Part shown: positions 11,701-23,959 of the stretch, in pieces
Layout of the letters: the number at the start of each line of letters is the position of its first letter
Position numbering within the stretch: position 1 is the stretch's first letter
From: Stylophora pistillata
Taxonomy: Eukaryota
Assembly: GCF_002571385.2 (NCBI RefSeq)
Contig: NW_019217838.1
Location: 73,274-137,273 of the forward strand
Length of the DNA: 64,000 nucleotides
Reading direction: 5' to 3'
Translations under genes and position numbers: made by a program
Notes under the pieces: generated by a model
Database searches by the model: none
The model's input: the letters and a program-made list of their open reading frames with translations, nothing else
Told to the model about the DNA's origin: nothing

Positions 11701-14700
11701 TGCAAGATTTTCAACAGTTTTAGCACAGTCGAGACCGTCTCAAATCTTGCCAGAGACAGGCATGCGCGTTCTGTAGCACTGATAATGACGGCCTTCCAAA
11801 AAAGGCTTTAAATACTTAGTAATTTTTATGTAACTATATAATATTGACCTTTAAGTCTATACCACTTTGTGCATTCAAGTTATGATTGAAAACAATAATT
11901 TTTTCTTTACCTATTGCAGATTGGTGAGGTCCAGATATTTGACTGTGTAAATTTGGTAAGAAATTATCATGATGAATAACAAGACTGACATAACCTGAAG
12001 ACATTTGATACTATAATACTTAAATTAACAACCATACTTTCCAGGCAGTAGTGGGCACGGGGTTTTACCTCTCAGACTTTTGTTGTGTAGATCAACCTGC
12101 CAAAAGTAGCATCAGTTGGAAGGCTTTACTTTGGAACATGTATTATTTATTATGATCATCAATGGGGCTCTAATGAAGGGCTGATACACCAAATGTTAGC
12201 ATCAGACACTCATTATGGTTGATAAATAATGTAAACCAAATTAGCCTTGTACAGTGGAACCTCGATTTAATAAAGTGCCAAGGGACTAGGGAAATTGGCT
12301 CATTATAGCAAGGGGTTCATTATCGAGATTCTGTGGTGTACATTTTACTGTAACTTTAGCCAGGTTGAAACTTAAGTATTGTTCGTTATACCAAGGACTT
12401 TGTTATATAGAGGTTTGTTAAGTGGAGGTTCCACTGTAACACTAGCCCCACAGACACACGTACAGTTTCTTTTGAAGCTTACCCCTTTTAACCTTTTCAT
12501 TTGTTTTAATCTCATTTACAGCGGGCGGTGACAATGGTTCCTGCCCATGATTCTCCTGTTGCTGCTATGGCATTCAACAGTGCTGGGACTAAACTATCAA
12601 CAGCATCAGAAAAGGTGGACAGATTTAATGTGTAAAGCTCTAGGCAGTACTTCTATACTTAAGTACTTTTTATTGATATAAACCTTCAGTCTGAAATAGA
12701 TGCCACCTTCAATTGGGACTTTTCTGTCAAGTCCATCGGATGATCCCCCAAATAATTTTGTTCTTATTGTATTAAGTTATTAATTAAAAGTAAATAAAGA
12801 TTTCCATGACTCTAAAAGTAATAATTTCGCATACAAGGAAACATAGATTGAATCAATAAATGTTTGTGGTTAATGACTACTTTTTATTAACTAACCAACG
12901 TCTCTTTCCCTCTTTCACTAGGGAACAGTTATCCGAGTGTTTGCAATTCCTGATGGAATAAAGCTTTATGAATTTAGACGAGGAGTAAAGAGGTAAACGC
13001 CATGTTATTACTGGGTTGTTTTGTATATTCCGTTTGAGCAGTGAGGGTTTCAGGTATTGCTAACGATGGAACTAATACATTTCTGTGCCTTTCTGTTCAG
13101 GTGTGTGACCATCAACTCGCTTGCCTTCAGCCATGACTCGCTGTTCTTGTGTGCTTCGAGCAATACAGAAACAGTACACATTTTCAAGCTAGAAGCTCCG
13201 AAGAAAGAGTAAGTAATCATTTTGTGTTAAGAGGAGAAATGGCAGGTTTTACGAGTTTGCTTCCCTGTGCAAGGCTTGTTGATGCCTCTCGTCCGTCGCA
13301 GTCGACTAGAATGTTCACCTGGACTGAGCTTACAAAAACTCCTTAACCCCCACTAGCAGCAACTCCCGGTATGTCAATACATATATCTTATTAACCAAGC
13401 GCGAGGGCCGTACTGGGAGAATATCGGCCCGAGGTCTTGACAGTACGGACCGAGCGCAGCGAGGTCCGTACAAAAAAGACCGAGGGCCGATATTCTTCCA
13501 ATACGGTCCCGAGCAAGCTTGGTCAATAAGAGATTTATTACACGACTGAAGTTCAAAGGGACACAAGTGCGGTATCATTCGGGACCATTCAGGACAGTGT
13601 CCGGTCCAATACTGAGAGAATATTGACCGGCAATAGAGCATTTTGATTGGTTGATTTTAGTTATTCGCCCTCTGACTTCCCGAGTCGGGCATTAATGCTG
13701 CATAGAACTTTTCCCGCCTTGATAAGATTCCAAGAAACTACAGGCACGATGAAAAACCGTCATTTTTTGCGGAAGGACTTCTAATACTAGTACACTTACT
13801 ACGTTACATTTGTGTCTTTGTATAATTTATCTTTAGGCCTACGGATGAGGCAGGTGGTTTGATGGGTTACTTTGGCAAAGCGCTCTCTCCTAGCAGTTAT
13901 CTCCCAGTACATGTAAGTATGCGAGATTGTTAAGTCTTGGGACTACTACAACAGGTGGTAGAACGCGTGTAAGTCGTAGACAATGAAAGACTTAAGGTGG
14001 GGGTCGAAAGGGATTTTAGCATGTATTGGCACAACCTCTCGATTGAAATGAGCACCAAAATGATGATTGTCTCAAGTTCACTGACCTGTATCTTTTGCAG
14101 GTCGCAGAAGTGTTCAACCAAGAGAGAGCTTTTGCCAGCGTTCGATTACCACAAGCAGGTACGAAAGTAGAAAGCAGCACAGAATTAACACTCTCTGGCA
14201 GACTCCCCATCAAATACCACTCAAACTTATGTTCTATTTCAATGTATCCTTCGTAACTGATGCCCAGTCCATAAGGAAAGCTACTTACGGCGCCCCTTTA
14301 TTTCAAAATGGTATTACTCGATGTTCCCACTCGGTCCAAAAGTATTCCGGATTCTTTTCGAAGAGGACGACTGTGGCACTATATGGTTGGTTTTTACTGG
14401 CAATAAACAACTCTTCTTGGGCTACTTCTCACTTTCTCTGTCGCCTTAAACATATCCCATGAGCCCCAGCGCTCTCTGCTAGGGATCCTTTACAGTAAAA
14501 TCATACTTCTCTTATTACCTCCGGGCAAGTAACATTATTTTGCGCCAGGCTACCTGATCAGGGCATCTCCAAAGTCAATCGCAGGTTTGTGTTCATTATT
14601 CTTCATTGGGTAAACTTTTTCGTTAATTAAGTTCTTTCTTTTTCTCAAACCAGGTCTTAGAAACGTTTGCGCCATAGCAATGTAAGTATTTCAATTATAT

Positions 14701-16533
14701 CCCCTTCGTTCGCTAAATTGTTTGTTTCTATAGGAAACGTTTGAAAAATGAAACAACAGTATAATACTCACATATTGTACGTAGAAGCAAATGTAACTCT
14801 TCCTCTCCCCCCACAGGATTGGAAAGCTCCCACGCTTGTTGGTCTCCAGTGCAGACGGTTATCTTTACATCTACAATATCGACCCTGAGGATGGAGGGGA
14901 CTGTACGCTGCTCAAACAACATAGGTGATCTACGCTATTTGTTCATCAAGTAATCAATACTGAGTATTTGCCATAGTTTTTGGGTTACGATGGAATTAAA
15001 TTAATTATGGTATCCTATTGTGCTAGTGGAAGTTAGTAGGTTTTTCGAGTTCTGCTTGTCTCATGAAAGCTTGAACCCACTGTTTGTCTGGTGTACAAAT
15101 GGATGTCACTTTGGCCGTTGCTTGTAGAGGTCTGGGATTGATTCATGACCAGGGTGATGGTGATATGAGCACTCTCACTCAGTCTCTCTCCACTCACAAG
15201 CGTAACAAGACTACCAAAGGGCTGTTATCTGCAATGGACCGAGTAGCATCTTATACAAGAGGAGCAGTAATATTCCTGGTCGTTTCCTGCAGATAAGACT
15301 GCAATTAGCCTCGCTCTTGTTAGCAGGTTACATGCAGTACCCAACCTCTTTTAAGCCTTTAGGACGATTCCCATGAAATGAATTCATTTTAAATGGTTCC
15401 CTTGTGTCGTTGTTTCGTAGGTTAATTGGTCAAACTGAAGGCCTTGAAAAACCATCCACGGTAATTATTAAGTATCTCCTATAAGAGCCTGGACGCGTTT
15501 CGTTGTTGCCGTTCGGGTTTATTGTTGTTCTTCTCGTTATCACACCTGAACACAAAACTGCTCCGTTCTTACAGCAGTGTACCTTTGTGAAAAGAACAAC
15601 TTATAGTGTTGTTTATTTTAGCGATCATTCTTGAACTTCTTTAAAAGTTTTTTTTTTTTTGTATGTTTATTCTATTTTAAATCATCGTAATTTGTTTTCA
15701 AGAATTAATTGTCAAAAAGTAGTACGTTACTTAATGATACTTTGTTCGAAATGAATTTTCATTTTTATTGGAGATTTTTGAAATATTTTGTACTTATTGA
15801 TTGAGTGGGAGGGTCGAACGGGAAAATATTGGGCTCGAGGTCATGACGTACGGACCGATTGCCGAATTTTTTCCCGTCCGGCCCGACCAAACTCAATCAG
15901 GAAGCATTTTATCATATGACCCACTAAGTGTTGAAAATTCCAACCTAAATAGGACGCGATCGACGGGCACACGCAGCCACACGAGCACAAAAACAATTCT
16001 GCAATTCAAACTTTTCCTTTTTTTCAAGTCAGAATAAGAAAATCCCAATTCTTTGAAAAACGCGACTTTTTTTCTCATTTCTGTTTACCTTAAGTTTTTG
16101 CAACAAGACGATGCAAGGGCAGCAGGGCCGGACGGCTTTTTCCGGACCGGCTTACGTCAACCCGTCCGGCCCTGCACGCGTCATCTTTCACTATGGTTTT
16201 CTATGTTTCTATGAGATTGTGCGAGCGGGGCCGGACGGGTCTTATAGTAAATAGGGTTATAGTTCAGTATTCTTCTGTAAAATGATAATAGGTTGTTTTA
16301 AACAGGAAGAGGAAAGCGCTTCCACCGAACCAAGCCCCTCACCAACGAACAAAGAAGAAGAATCTCAAGATTCAAGAGCGCGAGCATCTTCGCAAAACAG
16401 TCAAAACTCCCCAACAGCAGGGGTATGTGACCCCACCCAAGCCATTGCGGCTTTTGGTGACTTGCAGGGACCTGGAAACTTAAGACTGGACGATGAGACT
16501 GAGTATCCACCGCTGACCGTACACAATGAATAG
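7564..16533 (+). CDS. WIPI2: WD repeat phosphoinositide-interacting protein 2 (Atg18 homolog), about 442 aa, 17 exons
   Basis: Exons 7564-7634, 7754-7836, 9422-9525, 10248-10313, 10627-10683, 11211-11250, 11486-11547, 11920-11955, 12522-12614, 12922-12992, 13101-13208, 13837-13912, 14101-14158, 14654-14681, 14817-14924, 15421-15460 and 16306-16533 total 1329 nt in frame. Motifs: [28 protein letters not shown], the PI3P-binding FRRG, and a WIPI2-like C-terminus [12 protein letters not shown]. Confidence 0.95.
8449..8838. mobile_element. Non-autonomous element with sub-terminal inverted repeats and a terminal palindrome
   Basis: Inverted repeats ATAAGGGGCAAAAT and ATTTTGCCTCTTAT, then an imperfect ~150-nt palindrome (about 8678-8826) centred on TCGTCGCTGCGGGACTC. 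Confidence 0.75.
9626..10154. mobile_element. MITE, Kolobok-like (TTAA-type flanks)
   Basis: TIRs AGTCCCTATGACAC and GTGTCATAGGCACT, flanked by TTGA and TTAA. Confidence 0.65.
10830..11110. mobile_element. Degenerate sub-TIR plus terminal-palindrome element
   Basis: TGATTGG core and a decayed palindrome TCTTACTGACC...GGCTAGTAAGA. Confidence 0.5.
12252..12436. mobile_element. Tc1/mariner (pogo-like) MITE nested in a Penelope pLTR remnant
   Basis: TIRs CAGTGGAACCTC and GAGGTTCCACTG with TA on both sides. Flanks at about 12166-12245 and 12445-12490 match the pLTR at 2853-3000. Confidence 0.75.
13381..13687 (-). mobile_element. Sub-TIR plus terminal-palindrome element, copy 1 of a three-copy family
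   Basis: Near-identical to 42978-43313 (inverted) and 51007-51322. The outer inverted repeat is truncated here. Confidence 0.85.
15793..16252. mobile_element. Sub-TIR plus terminal-palindrome element (related family)
   Basis: Palindrome TGATTGAGT...ACTCAATCA (about 15798-15899) and inverted repeats TTTATCATATGACCC / GGGTCTTATAGTAAA. Confidence 0.65.
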
Positions 16534-19204
16534 AGTCTTCGTCAAATCTCTCTCTCAGACGTTCTTCGCTTTCTTCACTATTTATGCCCAAAACCACTGA
16601 CCTGCATTCAACAGCAGATATTATACGGACACATTTTTAGACTTTAGAGTTCTTGTAGGATTTCTTATTCTCTCTTTTGCGTGTTTGTTCTGCGTTTTCT
16701 TGTTGATCTATCGAAAATTTTCGCACAGTCGTCGAGCTTGTTCACAGCAATATTTGTTTCTTTGAGAAGAAGTAATAACGTTTTACAGCTGTTACATTGC
16801 ATAGAAACCTTTTTGTGCGAAGACTTAGATTTTATTCGCTCTTGTGCGAGCGAGTGGTTTGGGTAGAAGTGTCAAAAGTAATTTTAAGTTATGAAATTAT
16901 ATTGATATATTCGTCTATCTGAGTATTCAAAGTCATTGATTAAAAAGATCCATTTAAATTTCTGTGTGCCGTGAAAATGTTTTCGAGGAAAGAGAGGTCA
17001 ATTTGATAATACGGCGCTTTATTTACTTTCGTGGTTTGAAGCTTGATTATTTTTTGTAGTTAGCAAAAAAATACACAGCTCATTGTTGTGGTTTTTCTTT
17101 TCTTAGGATAGGGCAAAACCATGAATGTGGGTCATTATCGATGCAAATTATATTGAAAACACCAGTAGGGAAATGATGTTGTGATAAAAGCCTTGGGAAC
17201 GGCCCGTATGATATCACAACTTGAAGTAACAGGTGCCATATGGTCGTTTGCCAATCAGATAACTCTAATCACGCCACCCATAACTCATCAAGTAATACAC
17301 AAATCGAGGTGACGGTGGGCGCTTTTTGTCTTTAAACGTCCTACGGATCCTGAACTGTCAGGAGCCTTGGAAATAATTGTTTCATCCAATCAAAAGAATT
17401 CGAAATTTTTGCCTGGTGGAAACGTAAATTGTTTTGAAGGAGGACTTAGTCTGGCAGTAGCAGCACTAGCATGCAAAAACAAGTTCAGGTGACAAAGGAG
17501 TACATTATCAGCTACCCGAAGGAAAATGCTGCTGCTAAAGCGAAGAAGCGCACCCTTCTTCCCACAGATCTGGTAACAAAGGTTGTTATTGTTGAAGGAG
17601 GTTCACAATCCTCGCTAACAGCCAGCGAACTGGCCGAGATATTAGATATGCAAGTTGGAAATCACACTAACAGAACCAAGACCACCCAGTTTCACTGATT
17701 ATAAACAGCTCACGACATCTTGCTTTTTGTTAATACAAGACAGGAGACTGGAGACATAACAGTAGCTACGTACCCCACAATACGGGAAATTTGCTCTGTC
17801 AACATAAAGTTAGTTTAAAATGTTGGAAAAAAGCTTTGCATATGAAAACTGATACGCAAGTCCTTGAACAAATCTTAACTATGTTGATCAGTCAATATTT
17901 GTAGTTTCTTTTTCTTTTCTTTCTTTCTTTTTTTTTTTTTTTTTCGGCCACTTTGCCTGACTTGCAACTTTGTTGGCATTGAAAAAGCAATCAAACAATA
18001 CCATAAAAAGGTCTCTTACTTAAAAACACTTGTATCCTCATTCATTTGCTATTAATCGTACGTATTAAACCGACCATTTAAATATTTTATGTGTCTCTAG
18101 AGGCGTCTAATAGTCAATATTTTACCACTGAGCGTTGTGTTGCTGAAGTTCGCAAGCGCCTCGAGTCAAAACAAATTTAGAAATCTTATCGCGTTATACG
18201 GCTTTGGTTACAACTTTTGACATCAACTACAAATCTTGACAATATCAAGTCTAAGCGTATACTGAGTTGCAACCATTAATAACGTACATGTTTTTTTCTG
18301 AATACTTTTAAGAAGCTCTAGATTGATCAGCCTAAGATGAGGCTCAGCCGTGAAGATCACCCCCAGGGATTGTCTGCCGTAAGGGTGAACGACAAAACAG
18401 GACCATCTAATACTGTGCCTATTTAATGTGAGGCGTCGTTATCAATGTAATATTTCCCTAAAAAAAAAAATAACACGAGCCAGTATCCAGAATAGGTTTA
18501 CAAGTGCCCTTTGGCCTTGGCATGTCTAATGTTTTCAATTCACATCAGTTTAATGACCGCAGGGGACATAGTTTTTTCTTTCCGTGAAGTTTAAGGGTGT
18601 ATAACGAAACGGCCCTCGCTAATCAAAGTTGGTAAACATTCAAACGGAATTTGCTATTAATAATTTCGAATTTGAAATTTTTGTTATTCTTCACGACCAT
18701 TAGGCGTTCCCGATTGGTTATGCATGAGTATCAAGGAAGGTGTTTCGTATAACACCCGATATGCTTATTTCCCTGCCACTGATAAACATGGATTAGAGAA
18801 TTTAAACATTCTGCAATAATTCATTTTCCATCAATGCACAATCTTGGACTTATGACAGAGTGAATAAATGAGACGAGTATAGAAGGAGACAATAATAATT
18901 ATCGTAAAACGGAATCCAGGAAACATTTGAAAAGAGGAAATTTTTGTTCCCCACTCTTAATCCAAGCCCTGGGCCCACAAAGCATTATGGGATTAATTGG
19001 ATTCTATCTCCTGCTTGCTGGGGAGTCGATAAAACACTTTGTATACAAATGATATTCGTTCTGTGCGGTTTTCTATAAAACGCAGTCCTAAAACACTCCG
19101 ATGGTCATTTGCGTAAGCTGATATTCACCTTGCGGTCTCGTATTACCGATAAGCGCGGGAAAATGCGATGAAATGTTCGATCCTTGTGGTGATCAAATGA
19201 AATC

Positions 19205-22200
19205 ATGAGTGATTTGTATCACAAGGCCGCTCGTGATGGAGTCTTCGAACTCCTGAAAACAGCCACGAAACGAGACGCGAACCGAAGGGACGAAGACGGA
19301 ATGACTCCAGTACACTACGCCGCTAGTTGTGGAAACGTCGAAGCCCTTAGATTGCTGGTCGGAAAAGGGTAGGTCTAACTAAATTAGGAGTTCCTAATTT
19401 TCGAAAGGATTCACTTGGCGAAATATTGTATCACTAAAACACAAAAGATGAAATGGGGTTTCTTTCATAGCGTTAATTTTTTTGTTTTCAGACTTTAGGA
19501 TTAAGAGAAAATTAAAACCTTAGGGTGAGCACCTGCCGAATAAAAGCTTGCGAAATTTGCGGTGTTGTTTCAAATTTGGTCCTAAATTTAAGCAAAATAT
19601 GGATAGTTGCATTCGTTTAAATCTCATAGAGGATGGCTTTCGCTAATTATTTTCAGTTACTGTGTGCAAATTAAAAAGCACTAAGCAGAACAGACAAAAA
19701 ATTTTTATCTGTGGCTATTTGCGCAATATTTTCCTCTTTATTTTAAGCTAATTGTATGCGGGTTTATAGGAAGGTAAACGTGCAAAGTCAAATTAGGAGT
19801 GCAAATTAGGAGTGAAAATACTCCGCGAGATCTTTAGTTTGGTGATATAACGAGTAAACAAAGCCTTGATTATTCATTCGGGTGTAAATTTTTAAGGATA
19901 ACATTATTGAAAACGGTGGCTGAAGTTTGTCAACGTTTTCATAAATTCAATAATTTGTAGCTCAAATATGGAGTTTTCTTTTACGAGTTTTCATTTGTTT
20001 TGCACGCAAATCGCCCAATAAGTAAATTTCAAAGTTTTTATTAGATTTTAGTAACGAAAGATGAGTTACGAGTTCAATAAACTTCCTGAAGACAAAAATT
20101 GCAACAAATTTAGTATAGTTCGCTGGTTAAAGTTTTAACTCTACTCAAAAAAACGTAGATCTCCCAGTTTGGCAATTTCGAAAGGTGTGTGAGATTGCCT
20201 GCTTTCCACCGTTTTTCTTTTTCTAAGCGAGTCATTGGCTCTTATGAAATTTTTTATTTTATATGAAGAATAAAATTATGCAATTTTTTGCTGTCTTCAA
20301 ATTTTAAAGTTCTTTTCGTTGATTTGTTTCCAAGTCAATGGTTGCCTGTCAATCTATCTTCAGTTGGCATATTTTCCTCTCATTTCCTCCTGTATAACTC
20401 CTGAGTAGAATTTTGGAACACAGATTGTAATAGAGAACAAAGGCTATAAAAAGTCTGCCATGATTTTTGGAAATATCTTTAAAATAAAATGAAAATGAGA
20501 GACTTGCTGGTCTAAATCAACTTCAGAACATTTTTGAAACGAGACAGCATTGCCATCTGAACCATATTCCAATAATATTGTGGCACAAAATGACAATAAT
20601 GTTAATTGAAATTTTTATGGGAAATAAAAAAAAAGGCATAGCCGAATGCACTTTACAGTTTTCTTAAACAGTGTTTATTTATGTCAGACTACAGAGGTAA
20701 ACGTTATTAATAGCTATTAATAGGAGTAATAGTTGTTAGAGATGAAATAGGCTTAACAACATCTTGAACTTCTTATACTCGTGGTATAAGAGGTTTTTCT
20801 CCATGTACAAATGGGTGTTGGTGATTATCAAAAAGGAAAGCTGATGACGTGCTGCGTGCACCAATCTAGGGGCAGTAGTTATACCCCTGTTGCCTAATGC
20901 TACAAAACCTGAGATAAGCCCAGCACACCTTACCTTAGAAAGTGAACCCCTTATTCTGGTTTATTGACAAAAGTGTACTTGCATTTCAGAGGGGACCCTG
21001 ACAGAACAAACCAAGATGGGGCAAGTGCTGTTCACCTGGCTGCCAGCTGTGGACAACTCAATTGCTTGAGTTTCCTTACAAACTTTGGTGCAGACATCTG
21101 GGCTCTGGACAACGAGGGGCGAACACCATTGGAGGAAGCTGCCCTTCATGGGCGTATGGAATGTGTGCGACATTTGGATGGGCTTATTGCTATCCACATG
21201 ATGCGCAATAAGAAAGAAGTAGACAGGCACAGGAGGCAAGCCAAAAAAGATATGATGAAAAGGATTAAAAAGCAAGATAAGAACATACAATCACGAGATG
21301 ATGCTTATGAAAAAAGAGTTGCAAAGGAAACTAGAGTAAGGAGCAGGTCAGTGAATGACCACCAGAAAGGTACATGGAATGGAAATGGATTGTCTGTGCC
21401 TCATAAAAATGCTGAGAAACAATTTTCAGAATTAACTGATGTTGGCCATTTTCCAGAGCAAGATAAAAGAAATGACAAGAAAAGTACAAAGGCCTATTCT
21501 TCAGAGACCTTTCAGTTTGGTTCTAAAAAAGGCCGCATGATGGGAGTGTTTCGCTCAAAATTCAGCTCGTTACGTAGCTCTAAAGATGAGCCACAAATTA
21601 TAAATCGTAGGTCATTGGAGGATGCTGGCTTAGTAAGGAGCTTCTCCCAGAGTACACCATCTTTTTTAGATCAGCTTGAGTCCAAGGCAGTTGAGAATCA
21701 GCACCAGAATTTAACCTCAGACTCTGTAGATCCCTATGAACTTGATTATTCAGACTTGTCTTTTGGACATGTGGTCAAAAAATTTGATGACAAAGGTAAT
21801 GTTACAACACATGTTCATTATGTGCCAAAGAATCCCACTAGAATGACAAATGGAAGCATGACAAGCCGAACTAGCCTCAGCAGTCAGTTAAGCTCTAGCA
21901 GTCAGCTGAGTTCATCATTTAATGACATTCGCAGTTTGAAATCTATTGACCTTGAAGACACATTCTCAGTGTCAGACTTTGAAATGGATAACACAAGAAA
22001 TAAAACCCTTGTTACATTTATGGCTTCACTGAACTTGGAACAGTTCAGTACATCTTTGATCAATGAAAGCATTGATTTAAGTACTCTATCCCTCTGTACT
22101 GATAATGACCTCAAAGACATTGGCCTCCCTCTTGGGCCAAGAAGAAAACTTCTGGATGCTGTACAGAAAAGAAATGCAGCTTTAAGTCATCCTGGACCTA

Positions 22201-22220
22201 TGAGTGACTCAAAAATTTAA
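19205..22220 (+). CDS. USH1G: Usher syndrome 1G / ANKS4B family scaffold (Sans): ankyrin repeats, SAM domain and PDZ-binding tail, about 464 aa
   Basis: Exon 1 19205-19368 ([38 protein letters not shown]) and exon 2 20990-22220 ([47 protein letters not shown]). Co-ortholog of vertebrate USH1G and ANKS4B. Confidence 0.92.
20790..20937 (+). mobile_element. SINE 3' fragment
   Basis: Resembles the reverse complement of the 3' half of the SINE at 34565-34860 and ends in ACCTTACCTT. Confidence 0.45.
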
Positions 22221-23959
22221 TTTTATTGAAAGGTTTCAGCGAGCAATTTATTCTGTATTTTCAGTTCATTTGGAATATGACATTCATACCTGTATTTTTG
22301 ATGAATTACGTGATGATAAATTCATTTTTCCTTGTTCTGATTAACCATGAACTGAAGCTTTCAAACCTGGCATTCAACATAAAGTGCTGAAAAGCGGCCT
22401 GAGAAAAATACATAGTCAATTAACAACTACCATGCAATGATACAAATTAAGATTTGAAACGTTGTCTTGTAAACTAAAAGAAAGAATCTCTCATGAAATC
22501 TATACAATGAATTGCAACTATTCAAAAAAAAGAAACATTGACTTCCTAGTTTAATGAAAAAATTAAAAAGAAATTGGAATGGGATGGAATTTTAATTGTT
22601 TTTCATGGTCAGTTTTCGATGTAATTTTGGGAAATGTCAGTTCTGTAACAATTATGATGTTAGCATATTCAACAGAGAGTTGAGCCCTACTTAGATTGCT
22701 TTCAGAGTTCGTGAATTATAAAATAATTAATAAATATTAGAGAAAGGAGTATGGATTCTTGAGGCTACAGTTGGAAGAATGCACTAAATTTTATAAAGAA
22801 CAAGAGATATGGCACTGTTTGCATGGTTGAATTTCTCTACTATCACTCAATGCATGCTTTGCTTGTTTTTTGCTCACACTTTTTTCATGGAACTTGGAGT
22901 GGTAATGGAGTAAGTAGATAATGAGATCATCTTTGAGACAGTTTCCATTGAGCACTTGCACTTTATGATCATAGGACTGAAAGAAAAAAGAAAACAGACC
23001 ATCTGTGGTCAAAGTTTGCTCATTCCTGACAAGGCAAAACTAAACAATTTTGAACACACTTTCCCATTCAGATGGATAGCTATTAGTAGGCTGGAAAGAA
23101 AATTACAAACTGCACAAAATGAGTCCAAGAGACAACTTAGTCAGACATACTGATAATTATCAGTCATAACTACAGTTAGTTCTAGCATTACAAGATTGCT
23201 GCAATATAAAATTATGCTAGGTTCCAAAATTAAATAAAAGAAGTTCACACCAATGTTTGTCTGTGGGATGGTACAATTTACTTTATAGCATCTACTATTA
23301 AATAACTAAAAATTAATAAATAAACAATAAACAGGTGTTTCCCAGAAAAGCAATGTAATGAAGAACCATACTCATTACTGACAAGTATTTCATCGATAAA
23401 TAGAAAGGACCCTTTCTAAGAGTTCTTATTTACCCTGATTTGAATGTGGCTGTATAGTTTAAATTAAACATTTTGCAGAAATCTTCTTAATGAGGTCCCC
23501 AAAGAGTCAGAACATGATATCTTTACTATTTATTTGCTTGTGTATTTTTAAAGCATTATTAATAAGAAAATAATAATTGATGAATTTCAACCTAAGTGTA
23601 AACAAAAAAAAAATGAGTGCCTATGTCTTAAAAAGATGCATGTTCAAGTGATACAATTGTGGCTATTTTACATTTATCCTTGACCATTGCATTTGCAATG
23701 AGTAAATTAAATATATCAAAAATATCATAACAACATGAAAAAATTTGATACCTTATCATAAAATTAATAACACCTCATGGCAAAATTACATCATTTTCCA
23801 AATTTATAGCCATTCTTAACAGTTACATGTATGTATACATTAAAACTCATTTATCTTGTTGAAGATGTTTTCCACTGATTAAAGCTATCTGTAGATAACT
23901 AAAAAAGTTGCAATGATTACACTTGTCAATTATCAAATTCTTGGACATTTATTCAACAC

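Noticed and set aside
11968-11998. C/D box snoRNA (ATGATGA...CTGA); similar cases at 1028 and 10210
   Set aside because: Boxes are too close together and there is no antisense element or terminal stem.
13330-13641. Recurrent [15 protein letters not shown] (also 43116 and 50986) as a small gene family
   Set aside because: It arises from three copies of a non-coding palindromic repeat in introns.
15056-15367. RNase P RNA or U17/snR30 identity for the intron 15 fold
   Set aside because: AGGTCTGGGA and ACCCAA resemble CR-I and CR-V, but the GGAA and TTCAGAC motifs are missing. ATATTCCT resembles U17 m1, but there is no AAACCAT m2 or ACA box.
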